Of a DNA stretch of 64,000 nucleotides, positions 1 to 15,246 are shown one piece after another; within the stretch, counting starts at the first letter, position 1; every line of letters begins with the position of its first letter. Origin of the DNA: the human T2T-CHM13v2.0 reference genome, Homo sapiens. The stretch lies in NCBI RefSeq assembly GCF_009914755.1, contig NC_060947.1. One strand, written 5' to 3'. A program made the position numbers and the translations under genes. The notes below the pieces were generated by a model that made no database searches, was not told the origin of the DNA, and saw only the letters and a list, made by a program, of their open reading frames with translations.

Positions 1-3108
<3,108 letters not shown>

Positions 3109-3146
3109 ACAATGGGAACTTCATTACCTACTCAAAAGCTACTGTC

Positions 3147-3930
3147 CTCAAAAAGGAAACTCATATAATGTTGATGAGAATGTAAATTAGCTCAATCAGT
3201 GTGGAAATCAGTATGGAGGTTTTTCAAAATAATTACAAATAGGATTGCCATATAATCCAGTAATCCCACTATGAGGTATATGTCCAAAAAGAGCAAATCA
3301 GTATATCAAAGGGATACCTGTATCACCATGTTTATTACAGCATTATTCACAATAGCCATGGTGTGTAATCAACCTAAATATCCATCAGTGGATTACATGA
3401 ATAAAGAATATGTGTTATATGTACACAATGGAATACTATTCAGCCACAAAAAAGAATATAATCATGTCATTTTCATCAACACGAATGAAACTGAAAGTCA
3501 TTATGTTAAGTGAAATAAGCCAGGTACAGAAATACAAATATTGTATCTTCTCACTCATATGTGGGAGCTAAAAATGTTGATCTCATGGAGATAGAGAGTA
3601 GAATGCTGGTTGCTAGAGGCTGGGAAGGCTGAGTAGGAGATGAAGAGACATTGGTTAATAGGTACAAACATACTCTTAGATAGAAGGAATAAGTTCTGTT
3701 TGATAGCGCAGTAGCATGACTATAGTTAATAATTTGGTGTATATTTCAAAATAGCTAAAAGAGAAGATTTAAAATGTTCCAAATACAAAGAAATGATAAA
3801 CACTTGAAGTGATGGATGTTATAATACCCCAATTTGATAATTACACATTGTATATATGTGTCAAAATATTACATGCACCCCCAAAATATGTACAATTATT
3901 TTGTATCATTTTTTAATTATGAAAAAATTT
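3147..3930 (+). mobile_element. L1MA-type 3' fragment with TSD
   Basis: L1MA-style ORF2 end and 3'UTR (gatctcatggagatagagagtagaatg...). AAGCTACTGTC is duplicated at 3136-3146 and 3931-3941. Confidence 0.8.
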
Positions 3931-3999
3931 AAGCTACTGTCTTCTTGTTTCTTGCTTAAGGTACCTCACTTTTGTCTGGAATGGCAATATATCCCTGCC

Positions 4000-4470
4000 T
4001 CAGAGACAACCATGATTAGTTGAAGCCATTCAAAGTACTTCCATATCTTTTTGGCCAAATTCTTACCTTCCCAGACTCTCTTGCAACTAGAAGTGTTCAT
4101 ATGATAACATTTTGTCCAAAGAAATGTAATGTGGAGTTTTTTGGAAGGCTTTTATGGAAGATATTTTTAAGCTTTCTCCACCCTAATGAGAAGAAAACCT
4201 TATATCTGCAGCCCTTTTTTGCATAAGTATGAGAATGCCGTGCCGACAGCTGCTGCAATTATCTTGCAACAATGAAGCAACAAGAATGAAGACAAAAAGC
4301 CATATACTGAAAGGATGGAGCAAAAGAATAGAAAGTTAGGTCTTTCATGACATCATTGAGCCATTGATGTAACCCTGGAACCACCACCTCCAGACTTCCT
4401 GATAAGTAAACAAAAATTGCATTATGGTTTGAGCCACTGTTAATCAGGTTTTCTGCTACTTGCAGATAAT
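4000..4470. mobile_element. Old MaLR solo LTR (MLT1J/K-like)
   Basis: MLT1-like motifs ccagactctcttgcaactag, cctccagacttcctg, gtttgagccactgttaatcaggttttctg. Confidence 0.5.
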
Positions 4471-4479
4471 AAAATTTAC

Positions 4480-4700
4480 ATGTATTGGGCACCTATTATC
4501 TGCCAGGCAAAAAATGGTGTTTAACATATTTTATCTCATTTAATTGAATCCAACAAATCCATGGGATGGGTATTACCATCAGTCTTTTTCCAATAAAGCT
4601 TAAAAAGGGTTCAGTGTGTTGTCCAAGGCCACAAAACTACTGAGTGATAGAACCAAGATTAAAACTTGTATATGTCCGTCTCCAAAACTCTTCCCACTAA
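4480..4700. mobile_element. MIR SINE
   Basis: MIR-like core: tattgggcacctattatctgccaggc...tatctcatttaat...tccaaggccaca. Confidence 0.6.
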
Positions 4701-4841
4701 AAATATATTCATAACTATAATACATCATAGAAAGCTGTGCACTGAGAAATAGGTACAACTTATCTATTTAAAAGGGGGAAGAAGGCAGGAGAACAGTCTA
4801 AACCAGCAATTACTACCTTTTGCTGTTGTTTTAAGCCACAA

Positions 4842-6431
4842 GCCTCAAACCCCTCAAAGTCATTCATGAGAGTTGGAATCAACTTCCTCTAAACTTTAGT
4901 TAATGTTGACATTTTGACCTCCTCCCATGAATTACAAATCTTCTTAATGACAACTAGAATGGTGAATCCTTTTCAGAAGGTTTTCAATTGACTTTTTCTA
5001 GATCCATCAAAGGAAACACTATCTATTTCAGCTATAACCTTATGAAAAGTATTTCTTAAATAATAAGACTTGAAAGTTGGAATTACTTCTTGATCCATGG
5101 GTTCCAAAATGGATGTTGTGTTAGCAGGCATGAAAACATTAATCTCCTCATTCATCTCCATCAGAGATCTTTGGTAAGCAGGTGTATTATCAACAAGCAG
5201 CACTATTTTAAAAAGAATCTTTTTTCTGTGCAGTAGGTCTTAACAATGGGCTTAAAATATTCATTAGATCATACAGTAAACAGATATGTTGTTATCTAGG
5301 CTTTGTTGCTCCATATATACAGCAAAGTCACAGTAGATTTAGCATAATTATGCAGGGCCATAGGAGATTCAGAATAGTAAATGAGTGTTGCCTTCAACCT
5401 AAAGTCACCAGCAACATTAGCCCCAGCAAGACAGTCATTCTGTTCTTCAAAGTTTGGAAACCAGGCACTGACTTTTCTCTCTACCTAAAGAAGTCCTAAA
5501 TGTCACCCTTTTCCAATAGAAGACTGTTTTGTCTACATTGAATATCTCTTGTTTAGTGTAGCCACCTTCATCAATTAGCTAGATCTTCTGTTTAACTTGA
5601 TGCAGCTTCTACATTAGCACTTGCTGCTTCACCTTGTGCTTTTATGTTATAGAGATGGCTTCTTTCCTTAAACTTTCAAACTTTTCTTCTGCAACTTCCT
5701 CACCTCTTTCAGCCTTGATATAATTAAAAACAGAAGGGCTTTGCTCAGGATTAGGCTTTGACTTAAGGGAAAGTTGTGGCTGGTTTGATCTATCCAGACC
5801 ACTACTAGGTTCTCTATATCAGCAGTAAGGTTATTTCACATTCTTATTTTTAGCAAGTTCACTGGAGTAATGCTTTGAATTTCCTTTAAGAACTTTTTCT
5901 TTGCACTAACAACTTGACTGTTCGGCACAAGAGACCTGGCTATCACTAAGCATAATTATTTCTAGCTTTTGACTTAAAGTGAGAGATGTGCAACTCTTTC
6001 TTTCACTTGAACACGTAGAGGCCATTGTAGTGTAATTAACTGGATTAATTTCAATATTTTTGTGTCTCAAGGAATAGGGATACCCAAAGATAGAGACAGG
6101 GATAGGCAAATGGCCAGTTAGTGGAGCCATCAGAACACATGCAACATGTATCAATTAAGTTTGCTGTCTTATATGGGTGTGGTTCTTGGTGCCCAAAACA
6201 ATTATGAAGTTACATCAAAGAAAACTGATCACAGATTATTATAACAGATATAAAAATAATGAAAAAGTTTGAAGTATTGTGAAAATTGCCAAAATGTGAT
6301 GCAGAAACACTAAGTGAGCACATGCTGGTGGAAAAATAGTACCAATAGATATGTTCAGTGCAGGGTTGCTACAAATCTTCAATTTGTAAAAATGCAATAT
6401 CTGCAAAGTACAATAAAATAAGGTATGCTTG
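4842..6431 (-). mobile_element. Tigger1 DNA transposon fragment, internally deleted
   Basis: Terminus caataaaataaggtatgcttg followed by TA at 6432 is the reverse complement of the Tigger1 end. Minus ORFs give pogo-family transposase pieces: SERKSCTSLTLSQKLEII (5906-6154) and [34 protein letters not shown] (4973-5203). Confidence 0.9.
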
Positions 6432-7104
6432 TATTTGCGATGCTTGGTTGCCAGTCAAAATAATTTGTATGCTATGCTATGGGCAATAGAGAGTATTAAA
6501 GATTTTTAGATATACGAGTAATATGATCAAAGGCATATATGATTTACTAGTAAATTTTTAAACAGTTTTCAGTCTAACATACTGCAACATATTCAGGGAG
6601 CACTTCTCACACCTGCCAAGGCAAAATTCCATTCCAGTTTATATGACAACGGGTCTTACGCAAAAGCATATTCAAGGGCATAGCTTCAAAATGACAGATA
6701 GTATCAATCATTTTTAACATATCATTTATCATAAAATAAAGAATTCTTTTGAGAAAAAAAGATACATTCTATTTCTCCTGATGGTTCTTTTGCTACCCAA
6801 CTTGGAATAACCTATTTATAAAAATTAAAAAAAAACTTAATTCAAAACACACTTATTTAATATAATAAAAAGTTTTCTTAAAGTAAATGGTACTGTTAAA
6901 ATCACTGTATTTTTGTGTTTCTAAAGACGATTGCCTCAGCTTTATTAATCATCAAACTCTAAAACAAGATTTATTTGCACTTAGCCAGCTCCTATTTGCC
7001 AACAAGCACATATGCCACTTTGGAAATATATGGTGTAAATATTTCTTAATTTCAATTATTATAGTACTGACAACTCTACCCTCCTAGTCAAAATACAGCA
7101 GAAG

Positions 7105-7598
7105 AGGTGACATTAGTGAAAGTGGTAGAGTACACCATTCCAAAGGCCCATTCCACTACAGGAAAAAAAAAAAGAAAATAAGTAAAAATTGTCAGTATCA
7201 ACATTTTCAGAACTCTGAAAAATATTCAAAGATTTACAGCAACAAACTGAACACTGAGTTAAGTAAAAGTGACTAAAACAAGCTAGGAGGAGAGTTTTGA
7301 AGCTGTTAATTCAAATTTTCTCTGCACTCACCCCAGTAAAGTGACAGTCTTGAAGACAGCAGCCCATGTTCAGGTGTAGATACCTGGTTTCTGGAGGAAC
7401 AAAGTGAACCTTTTTCTAAAGTAATTTTGTTCAAGTTTGACCTCTCTTGGGGTTTACTGATGAATTAATGCTAGGTGTTTGAAAATCCAGAACATTTTCA
7501 GGGAAGAAAAGTATTTGTGTGGAAGGTATTTTTTAAAAGCATTGAAAGGCAAATGAACAATCTGTTGCCACCTGAGGCAAAATATTACAATTGGAGAA
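7105..7598 (+). mobile_element. Ancient L1M 5' region, left part (continues at ~13928)
   Basis: L1M-type 5'UTR motifs. Ends in AATTGGAGAA, which is repeated at 13928-13937. Confidence 0.55.
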
Positions 7599-7634
7599 CG
7601 ACATAATAAAACTGATAAAGCCAAAAAGCACAAT

Positions 7635-9319
7635 GCTTAATGAAATAAAAGAGGACACAAAGAGATGGAAGAACATTTCATGCTCATGGATAGAAAGAAT
7701 CAATATTGTGAAAATGGCCATACTGTCCAAGGTAACTTACAGATTCAGTGCTATCCCCATCAAGCTACCACTGACTTTTGTCACAGAAATGGAAAAAACT
7801 ACTTTAAATTTCATATGGAACCAAAAAAGAGCACAAATAGCCAAGACAATCCTAAGCAGAAAGAACAAAGCTGGAGGCATCACGCTACCTGAACTACCTG
7901 ACTTCAAACCATACTACAAGGCTACAGTAACCAAAACAGCATGGCACTGGTATCAAAACAGAGATATAGACCAATGGAACAGAACAGAGCCCCCAGAAAC
8001 AACACCACACATCTACAACCATCTGATCTTTGACAAATCTGAGAAAAACAAGAAATGGGGAAACGATTCCCTATTTAATAAATGGTGCTGGGAAAACTGG
8101 CTAGTCATATGTACAAAGCTGAAACTGGATCCCTTCCTTTCACCTTATACAAAAATTAACTCAACATGGATTAAAGACTTAAATGTAAGACCTAAAACCA
8201 TAAAAACCATAGAACAAAACCAGGCAATACCATTCAGGACATAGGCATGGGCAAAGACTTCATGACTAAAACACCAAAAGCAATGGCAACAAAAGCCAAA
8301 ATAGACAAGTGGGATCTAATTGAAGTAAAGAGCTTCCGCATGGCAAAAGAAACCACCATCAGAGTGAAGAGGCAACCTACAGAATGGGAGAAAATGTTAG
8401 CAATCTATTCATCTGACAAAGGGCTAATATCTCGAATCTACAAGGAACTTAAACAAATCTACAAGAAAAAAAACAACCCCAACAAAACTTGGGCCAAGGA
8501 TATGAACAGACACTTCTCAAAACAAGACTCATATGCAGCCAACAGACATATGAAAAAAATGCTCATCATCACTGGCCATCAGAGAAATGCAAATCAAAAC
8601 CACAATGAGATACCATCTCACACCAGTTAGAATGGTGATCATTAATAAGTCAGGAAACAGATGCTGGAGAGGATATGGAGAAATAGGAACACTTTTACAC
8701 TGTTCGTGGGAGTGTAAATTAGTTCATCCATTGTGGAAGACAGAGGGCGATTCCCCAAGGATCTAGAACCAGAAATACCATTTGACCCAGCAATTCCATT
8801 ACTGGGTATATACCCAAATGATTATAAATCATGCTACTATAAAGACACATGCACATGTATGTTTATTGTGGCATTATTCACAATAGCAAAGACTTGGAAC
8901 CAACCCAAATGTCAATCAATAATAGACTGAATAAAGAAAATGTGGCACATATACACCATGGAATACTGTGCAGCCGTAAAAAAGGATGAGTTCATGTCCT
9001 TTGCAGGGACATGGATGAAGCTGGAGACCATCATTCTCAGCAAAATATCACAAGGACAGAAAATCAAACACAGCATGTTCTCACTCATAAGTGGGAGTTG
9101 AACAATGAGAACACATGGACACAGGGAGGAGATCATCACATACCAGGGCCTGTTGGGGGGTGGGGGACTAGGGGAGGGATAGAGTTAGAAGAAATCCCTA
9201 ATATAAATGACTAGTTGATGGGTGCAGCAAACCAACATGGCACATGTATACATAACAAACCTGCACCTTGTGCACGTGTACCCTAGAACTTAAAATATAA
9301 TTTAAAAAAGGAAAAAAAA
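7635..9319 (+). mobile_element. 5'-truncated L1PA7-like LINE-1
   Basis: ORF2 C-terminal fragments in ORFs 7591-8244, 8247-8630 and 8733-8930; L1PA7-type 3'UTR; A-tail 9304-9319. Confidence 0.9.
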
Positions 9320-9420
9320 GAGTTTCAAGACAGCTACCACACAGCATTAAACCAAATGTGAGCTTTTCTCAGAGGGGGGCCTTTGTGACTTCACAGGTTA
9401 CCTGCCATGAAGCCCTCCCT
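9320..9420 (-). mobile_element. MER45 (hAT) single-end fragment
   Basis: tttcaagacag..cagcattaaaccaa..ggggcctttgtgacttcacagg..catgaagcc is the reverse complement of a MER45 end and resembles 35560-35664. Confidence 0.7.
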
Positions 9421-10189
9421 TGGAGACAAGCATCATGAATGATCAGCAGTAGGATAGAGCTTGTCTCTCTGAATCCGCACCTCGGCTCAAAGAGGTAATC
9501 AGTGCAACCTTTAGCGACCACAGCATGTTTTCTAAGAGCTGAAGGCGGTATCCCAGAAAAGAATAGAACACATGTAAGTGTATTCTTCCAAATTTGATGT
9601 TGATATTAAGAAAAACATAGGACATGTTTTTCGGTACAGGCTGCACAAAAAGCATTTCTTGGTGAAAGCTTCCTAAAACTCTCAGCAAGCCCCAAACAGA
9701 GCTGCGGTGTGGGGAGTTCTGGATCAAAGCCTGCCTGCTGAATGTAGAAAGTAGTGAGTTTCTACTAATGAGGCCCATTCAGCGTCTAGTCAAATCTTTC
9801 TCTATTCTGTGCCTGGCGAACACGTCAAGTTGTTATCAAACCACAGAGGGAGATGCAGATAAATGCTCTCTGATCCTGTCCTTGGTAAAAACTGTAATTT
9901 ACAGGCTATCTTAGGGGATAACTGTAATTGGAACTTTTATGTTATGTTTTACTTTCAGTTGTGATTACCCACAACTACATTTGCTTAGATACATCTAAAG
10001 GGCACCTGTACTTGGGTCTGGTTATGACCTTGTACGTGGTGTGAGTGGGTGTGAGTGTATGTGAGTGTGTGTTCATACATACACACGTACCCTTTTGTGA
10101 AATTTGCACATATATAAATATGAAGTGGTTAATTACTTTATTTGCTTTGTTTCTGTTAAGCCTTAAAAAAGCTGGTAATACCAAAGACA

Positions 10190-10757
10190 TCAGAAATACC
10201 ATTTCCTTGTTGACCCAGCAATCCCATTACTGGGTATATACCTAAAGGATTATAAATCATTCTACTATAAAGACACATGCACACATATGTTTATCGCAGC
10301 ACTATTTACAATAGCAAAGACTTGCAACCAAACCAAATGCCCATAAATGATAGACTGGATAAAGAAAGTGTGGCACATATATACCATGGAATACTATGCA
10401 GACATAAAAAAGAATAAGTTCATGTCTTTTGCAGGGACATGGATGAAGCTGGAAGCCATCAGTCTCAGCAAACTAACACAGGAACCAAAAAACAAACACC
10501 ACATGTTCTCACTCATAAGTGGGAGTTGAACAATGAGAACACATGGACACAGGGAGGGGAACATCACATATTGGGGCCTTTTGGGGGTGGGGGACAAGGG
10601 GAGGGAGAGCATCAGGACAAATACCTAATGCATGTGGGGCTTAAAACCTAGATGACGGCTTGATAGGTGGAGCAAACCACCATGGCACATGTATATCTAT
10701 GTAACAAACCTGCATGTTCTGCACACGTAATACAGAACTTAAAGTGAAATAAAAAAT
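10190..10757 (+). mobile_element. L1PA8-10-like 3' end fragment
   Basis: ORF 10347-10529 [17 protein letters not shown]...FSLISGS; 3'UTR with cttaaaacctagatgacgg; AATAAA at 10748. Confidence 0.85.
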
Positions 10758-10773
10758 ATATATGTTGGTTTGA

Positions 10774-13700
10774 AAAAAGCACAATAAAAGAATTGCATAA
10801 TGCAATCACAAGTATTAATAGCAGAATAGACCAACCTGAGGAAAGAATCTCAGAGCTGGAAGACTGTCTTTCTGAAATGAGATAAGCACACAAGAATAGA
10901 GAAAAACATATGGAATCGTGTAAAGAGACCAAATCTGTGGCTGACTGGTATACCTGAAGTAGATGGGGAGAATGGAACCAATTTGGAAAGCATATTTCAG
11001 CATATTTTCCATGACAGCTTCTCTAACCTAGCTAAGCAAGCCAACATTCAGATTCAGGTAATGCAGAGAACCCCGGTAAAATACTCCATGAGAAGGTAAC
11101 CCCGAAACATATAATTATCAGATTCTCCTAAGTCAAAATGAAAGAAAAAATATTGAAGGCAGCTAGAGAGGAAGGCCGGATCACCTACAATAGGAAGCCC
11201 ATCACACTAACAGCAGACTTCTCAGCTGAAAACTTACAAGCCAAAAGTGACTGGGACCTACACACAACAGTTGCAAAAAAAAAAAAAAAAAAGAAAAGAA
11301 AAAGAAAAGAAGGGAGGAAGGAAAGAAAGAAAGAAAGAAAGAGAGAGAAAGAAAGAGAAAAAAGAAATTCCAACACAAAATTCCATATCTGGCCAAACTA
11401 AGTTTCATAAGAGAATAAGAAATAAGATCCTTTACAGACAAGCAAATGCTGAAGAAATTTGTTAAAACCGGGCCTGACTCACAAGAGCTCCTGAAGGAAG
11501 CACTAAATATGGAAAGGTAATACCACTACTAGCCACTAACAAACACACTGAAGTACACAGAACAGTGACACTATAAAGCCACCACATAAACAAGTTCATA
11601 AAATAACCAGCTAGCATTATGATGACAGGATCAAATCCACACATATAAATACTAATCTGAAATATAAATGAGCTAAATGCCCCCAAGTAAAAGATACAGA
11701 GTGGCAAGCTGAAAGTACCAAGACCCATTGGTATACTGTCTTCAAGAGACCATCTCATATGCAAAGACACACACAGGCTCAAAATAAAGGGATGAAGGAA
11801 ATTTTACCAAGCAAATGGAAAGCAGAAAAAAGCAGGGGTTGCAATCCAAGTTTCTGACAAAACAGACTTTAAGCCAACAAATATTATTAGAGACAAAGAA
11901 GGGCATTAAATAATGGTAAAGGGCTCAATTCAACAAGAAAAGCTAACTATCCTAAATATATATGCTCCCAATACAGGAGCACCTAGATTCATAAAACAAG
12001 TTCTTAAAGACCTACAAAAAATCTTAGACTCCCACATAATAATCGTGTGAGATTTTAGCATCCAACTGACAATATTAGACAGATCATCAACATAGAAAAT
12101 TAACAAAGATATTCGGGACCTAAAATCAATACTGGATCAAATGGACATGGAGGTATCTACAGAAATCTCCACCCAAAAATAACAAAATATACATTTTTTA
12201 TTGCCACATGGCACTCACTCTAAAATCAGTCACATAATCAGAAATAAAACACTCCTAAACAAACGCAAAAGAACTGAAATCATAACAAACAGTATCTTGG
12301 ACCACGGTACAATCAAATTAGAAATCTAGCAAGAAATCTACTCAAAACTATATAATTACGTAGACATTTAATAACCTGCTCCTGAGTGACTTGGGTAAAT
12401 AATAAAATTAAGGCAGAAATCAAGAAGTTCTTTGAAACTATTAAGAACAAATATACAATGTACCACAATCTCTGGGACACAGCTAAGGCATTGTTAAGAG
12501 AGAAACTTATAGCAATACATGCCCACAACCAAAGGAAGAAAGATATCAAGTTAACAACCTTACAGCACAACTAATAAAACTAGAGAACCAAGAGAAAACA
12601 AATTCCAAAGCTAGCAGAAGACAATAAATAACCAAAATCAGAGCTGAACTGAAGGAGATAGAGTCATAAAAAGCCGTTCAAAAGATCAACGAATCCAGGA
12701 GCTGGTTTAGTGAAAAATAATGATAAAATAGACCACTAGCTAGACTAACAAAGAAGAAAACAGAGATGATTCAAACAAATACAATAAGAAATGATAAAAA
12801 AAAGAAAGAAATGATAAGGCAGATGTCACCACTGACCCCACAGAAATACAAACAACCATCAGATAACACTATAAACATCTATATGCACATAAATTAGAGA
12901 ATCTAGAAGAAATCGATAAATTTCTGTCCACGTACTACTTCCGAAGACTGACCCAGGAAGAAATTGAATCCCTGAAAAGATCAATAATGAGTTATGAAAT
13001 TGAGGCCATTCATCTGAAAAAGGTGTAATATCCAGAATCTACAAGGAATTTAAGCAAATTTACAAGAAAGAAACAAATAGCCCCATCAAAAAGTGGACAA
13101 AGGGCATGAACAGACATTTCTCAAAAGAAGACATACACGTGGCCAACAAACATGAAAAGAAGCTCAACATCATTGATCACTAGAGAAATGCAAATCAAAA
13201 TCACAATGAGATAACATCACATAAGAGTTAAAGTGGTGATTATTAAAAAGTCAAAAAGCAACAGATTGTTGGCAAGGTTGCAGAGAAATAGGAAAGTTTT
13301 ACACTGTTGATGGAAATGTAAATTAGTTCAACCATTGTGGAATACTGTTGGCAATTCCTCAGAGACTTAGAACTGGAAATGCCATTTGAACCAGCAATCC
13401 CATTACTGAATATACCCAAATGAATATTAATCATTCTATTATAAAGATACATCCATGTGTATGTTAATTGCAGCACTATTTACAATAGCAAAGGCATGGA
13501 ATCAACCCAAATGCTCATCAATGATAGATTGGATAAAGAAGATGTGGTACATATACACCATGGAATACTATGCAACCACAAAAAAGAAGGAGATCATATC
13601 CTTTGCAGGGACATGAATGAAGCTGGAAGCCATTGTACCCAGCAAACTAATGCAGGAATGGAAAATAAAACACTGCATTTTCTCACTTATAACTGGGAGC

Positions 13701-13927
13701 TGAGCAATGAAGACACATGGACACAGGGAAGAAAACAACACACATTGGGGCCTGTCAGAGGAGGGCAGTGGGGAGAGCACATCAGGAAAATAACTAATGC
13801 ATACCAGGCTTAATACCTAGGTGATGGGTTGATAGGTGCAGCAAACCACCATGGCACACTTTTACCTATGTAACAAATCTGCACATTCTGCACAAATACC
13901 CCAGAACTTTAAAATAAAATAAAAATA
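10774..13927 (+). mobile_element. L1PA10-13-like LINE-1 (ORF1 part, EN, internal deletion at ~13005, 3' end); its first ~25 nt lie at ~7610-7634
   Basis: ORF1 piece MKEKILKAAREEGRITY..PITLTADFSAE. ORF2 start ATGACAGGATCAAATCCAC at ~11622. Jump gaaattgaggc|cattcatctga from pre-RT to the C-terminus. Tail 13911-13927. Confidence 0.85.
11275..11368 (+). repeat. A-run/(GAAA)n purine microsatellite within L1 ORF1
   Basis: A17 followed by gaaaa/gaag/gaaa/gaga units. Confidence 0.9.
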
Positions 13928-15246
13928 AATTGGAGAAAAGTTAATAGAAATTATCCAAACTAAAAGATAGAAAGTAAGAGCCACACACCTGCCCAAGATA
14001 GGGTACATGTTCAGAAAATACCTCAAAAGAACTTACCTCTCATCTCTGGCTAATCTTTACGCTCTGTGAAAGCAGGAAGTGAAGGCTAAGACAGAGTGTT
14101 AACTGGACCACCTTAATCTTAAAGGAGTGGCCCAAAACAAAGACAGTCTGCAAAGAATGGAACAGTTTTGTGTCTTTTTCAGTCCAACTGTTTAAGAAAA
14201 ATCTGTCAAATTGCTAGCTGACCATCAACTAAAGAAACAGAAATTTCAGAGACCATACACAGCCAATAATAAGGTCTTTTAAAATTACATAAAAATTAGA
14301 TTTAAAAGCAGTCAATAGACAAACAGTTACAACTCACAGCAAGCAACAACAACTCCTGCTATGGGAGGTGGAGAATCTATTTTCCGAGCTACCACATTAT
14401 CATTGCCAAAAGGCTCATTTTAACAAAAAAATATGAAGCATGCAAAGGAACAAAAACTATGTCTCATTTTCTTAAGAAAGTAACAGAAATTGTTTCTAAG
14501 GAAACACAGATCATGGTACTTACTGCTCAAAAAATATTGTTAACTGTCTTAAATATGCTCAAAGAGCTAAATGAAACCATGGACAAAGAACTAAAGGAAG
14601 TCATAAGGAAAACATTCTAAGAAATAGAGAATATCAATAAAGAAAAAATGTATTTTTCAAAAAAAATTCTACAGCCGAAAACTAAAATAATTCAAAAACA
14701 AAATTCACTAGAGGTTTTCAACAGCAGATTTGAGCAAGCAGAAAATAATTAGTGAACTGGAAGACAGGAAATTGAAATTATCCAGTCTGAGAAACAGAAA
14801 AAAAGAAGAAAAATGAACAGAGTCCAAGAGGCCTGTGGGAAACCATCAAGTGTACCAATATAGAATGTGACAATAGGAGTTCCAGAAATAGAGGAAAGAG
14901 AAAAAAGCAATGTAAGAATGTATAAAAAATGGTTTAAAAGTCCCAAATTTGATTAAAAAAACATGATCTAAACATACAGGAAGCTCAATGAACTACAAGT
15001 TATTTAAACGAACAGTTATACTCCAATACATAATCAAACTGACCAAAAAAAAATCTTGAAAGCAGCAAAAGATAAGCTACTTGACACATTCAAGAAATAG
15101 TCATCAACATTGGCAGCTATTTTCTCACCAGAAACTATGAATGCCCTAAAAAGTAGGGTGACATATTTAAAGTATTGAAAGAAAAAACTTTCAACCAAGT
15201 ATTTAATATCCAGCAAAACTATCATTTAAAAAGAAGGAGAATTAGG
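13928..15246 (+). mobile_element. Ancient L1M 5'UTR/ORF1 continuation
   Basis: L1M ORF1-like DNA (aacagcagatttgagcaagcagaa..., ttctcaccagaaactatg..., tatccagcaaaactatc). Confidence 0.7.

Noticed and set aside
7884-7902. 9-bp in-frame duplication (LPELPD) in L1PA7 ORF2
   Set aside because: Ordinary slippage in a dead element.
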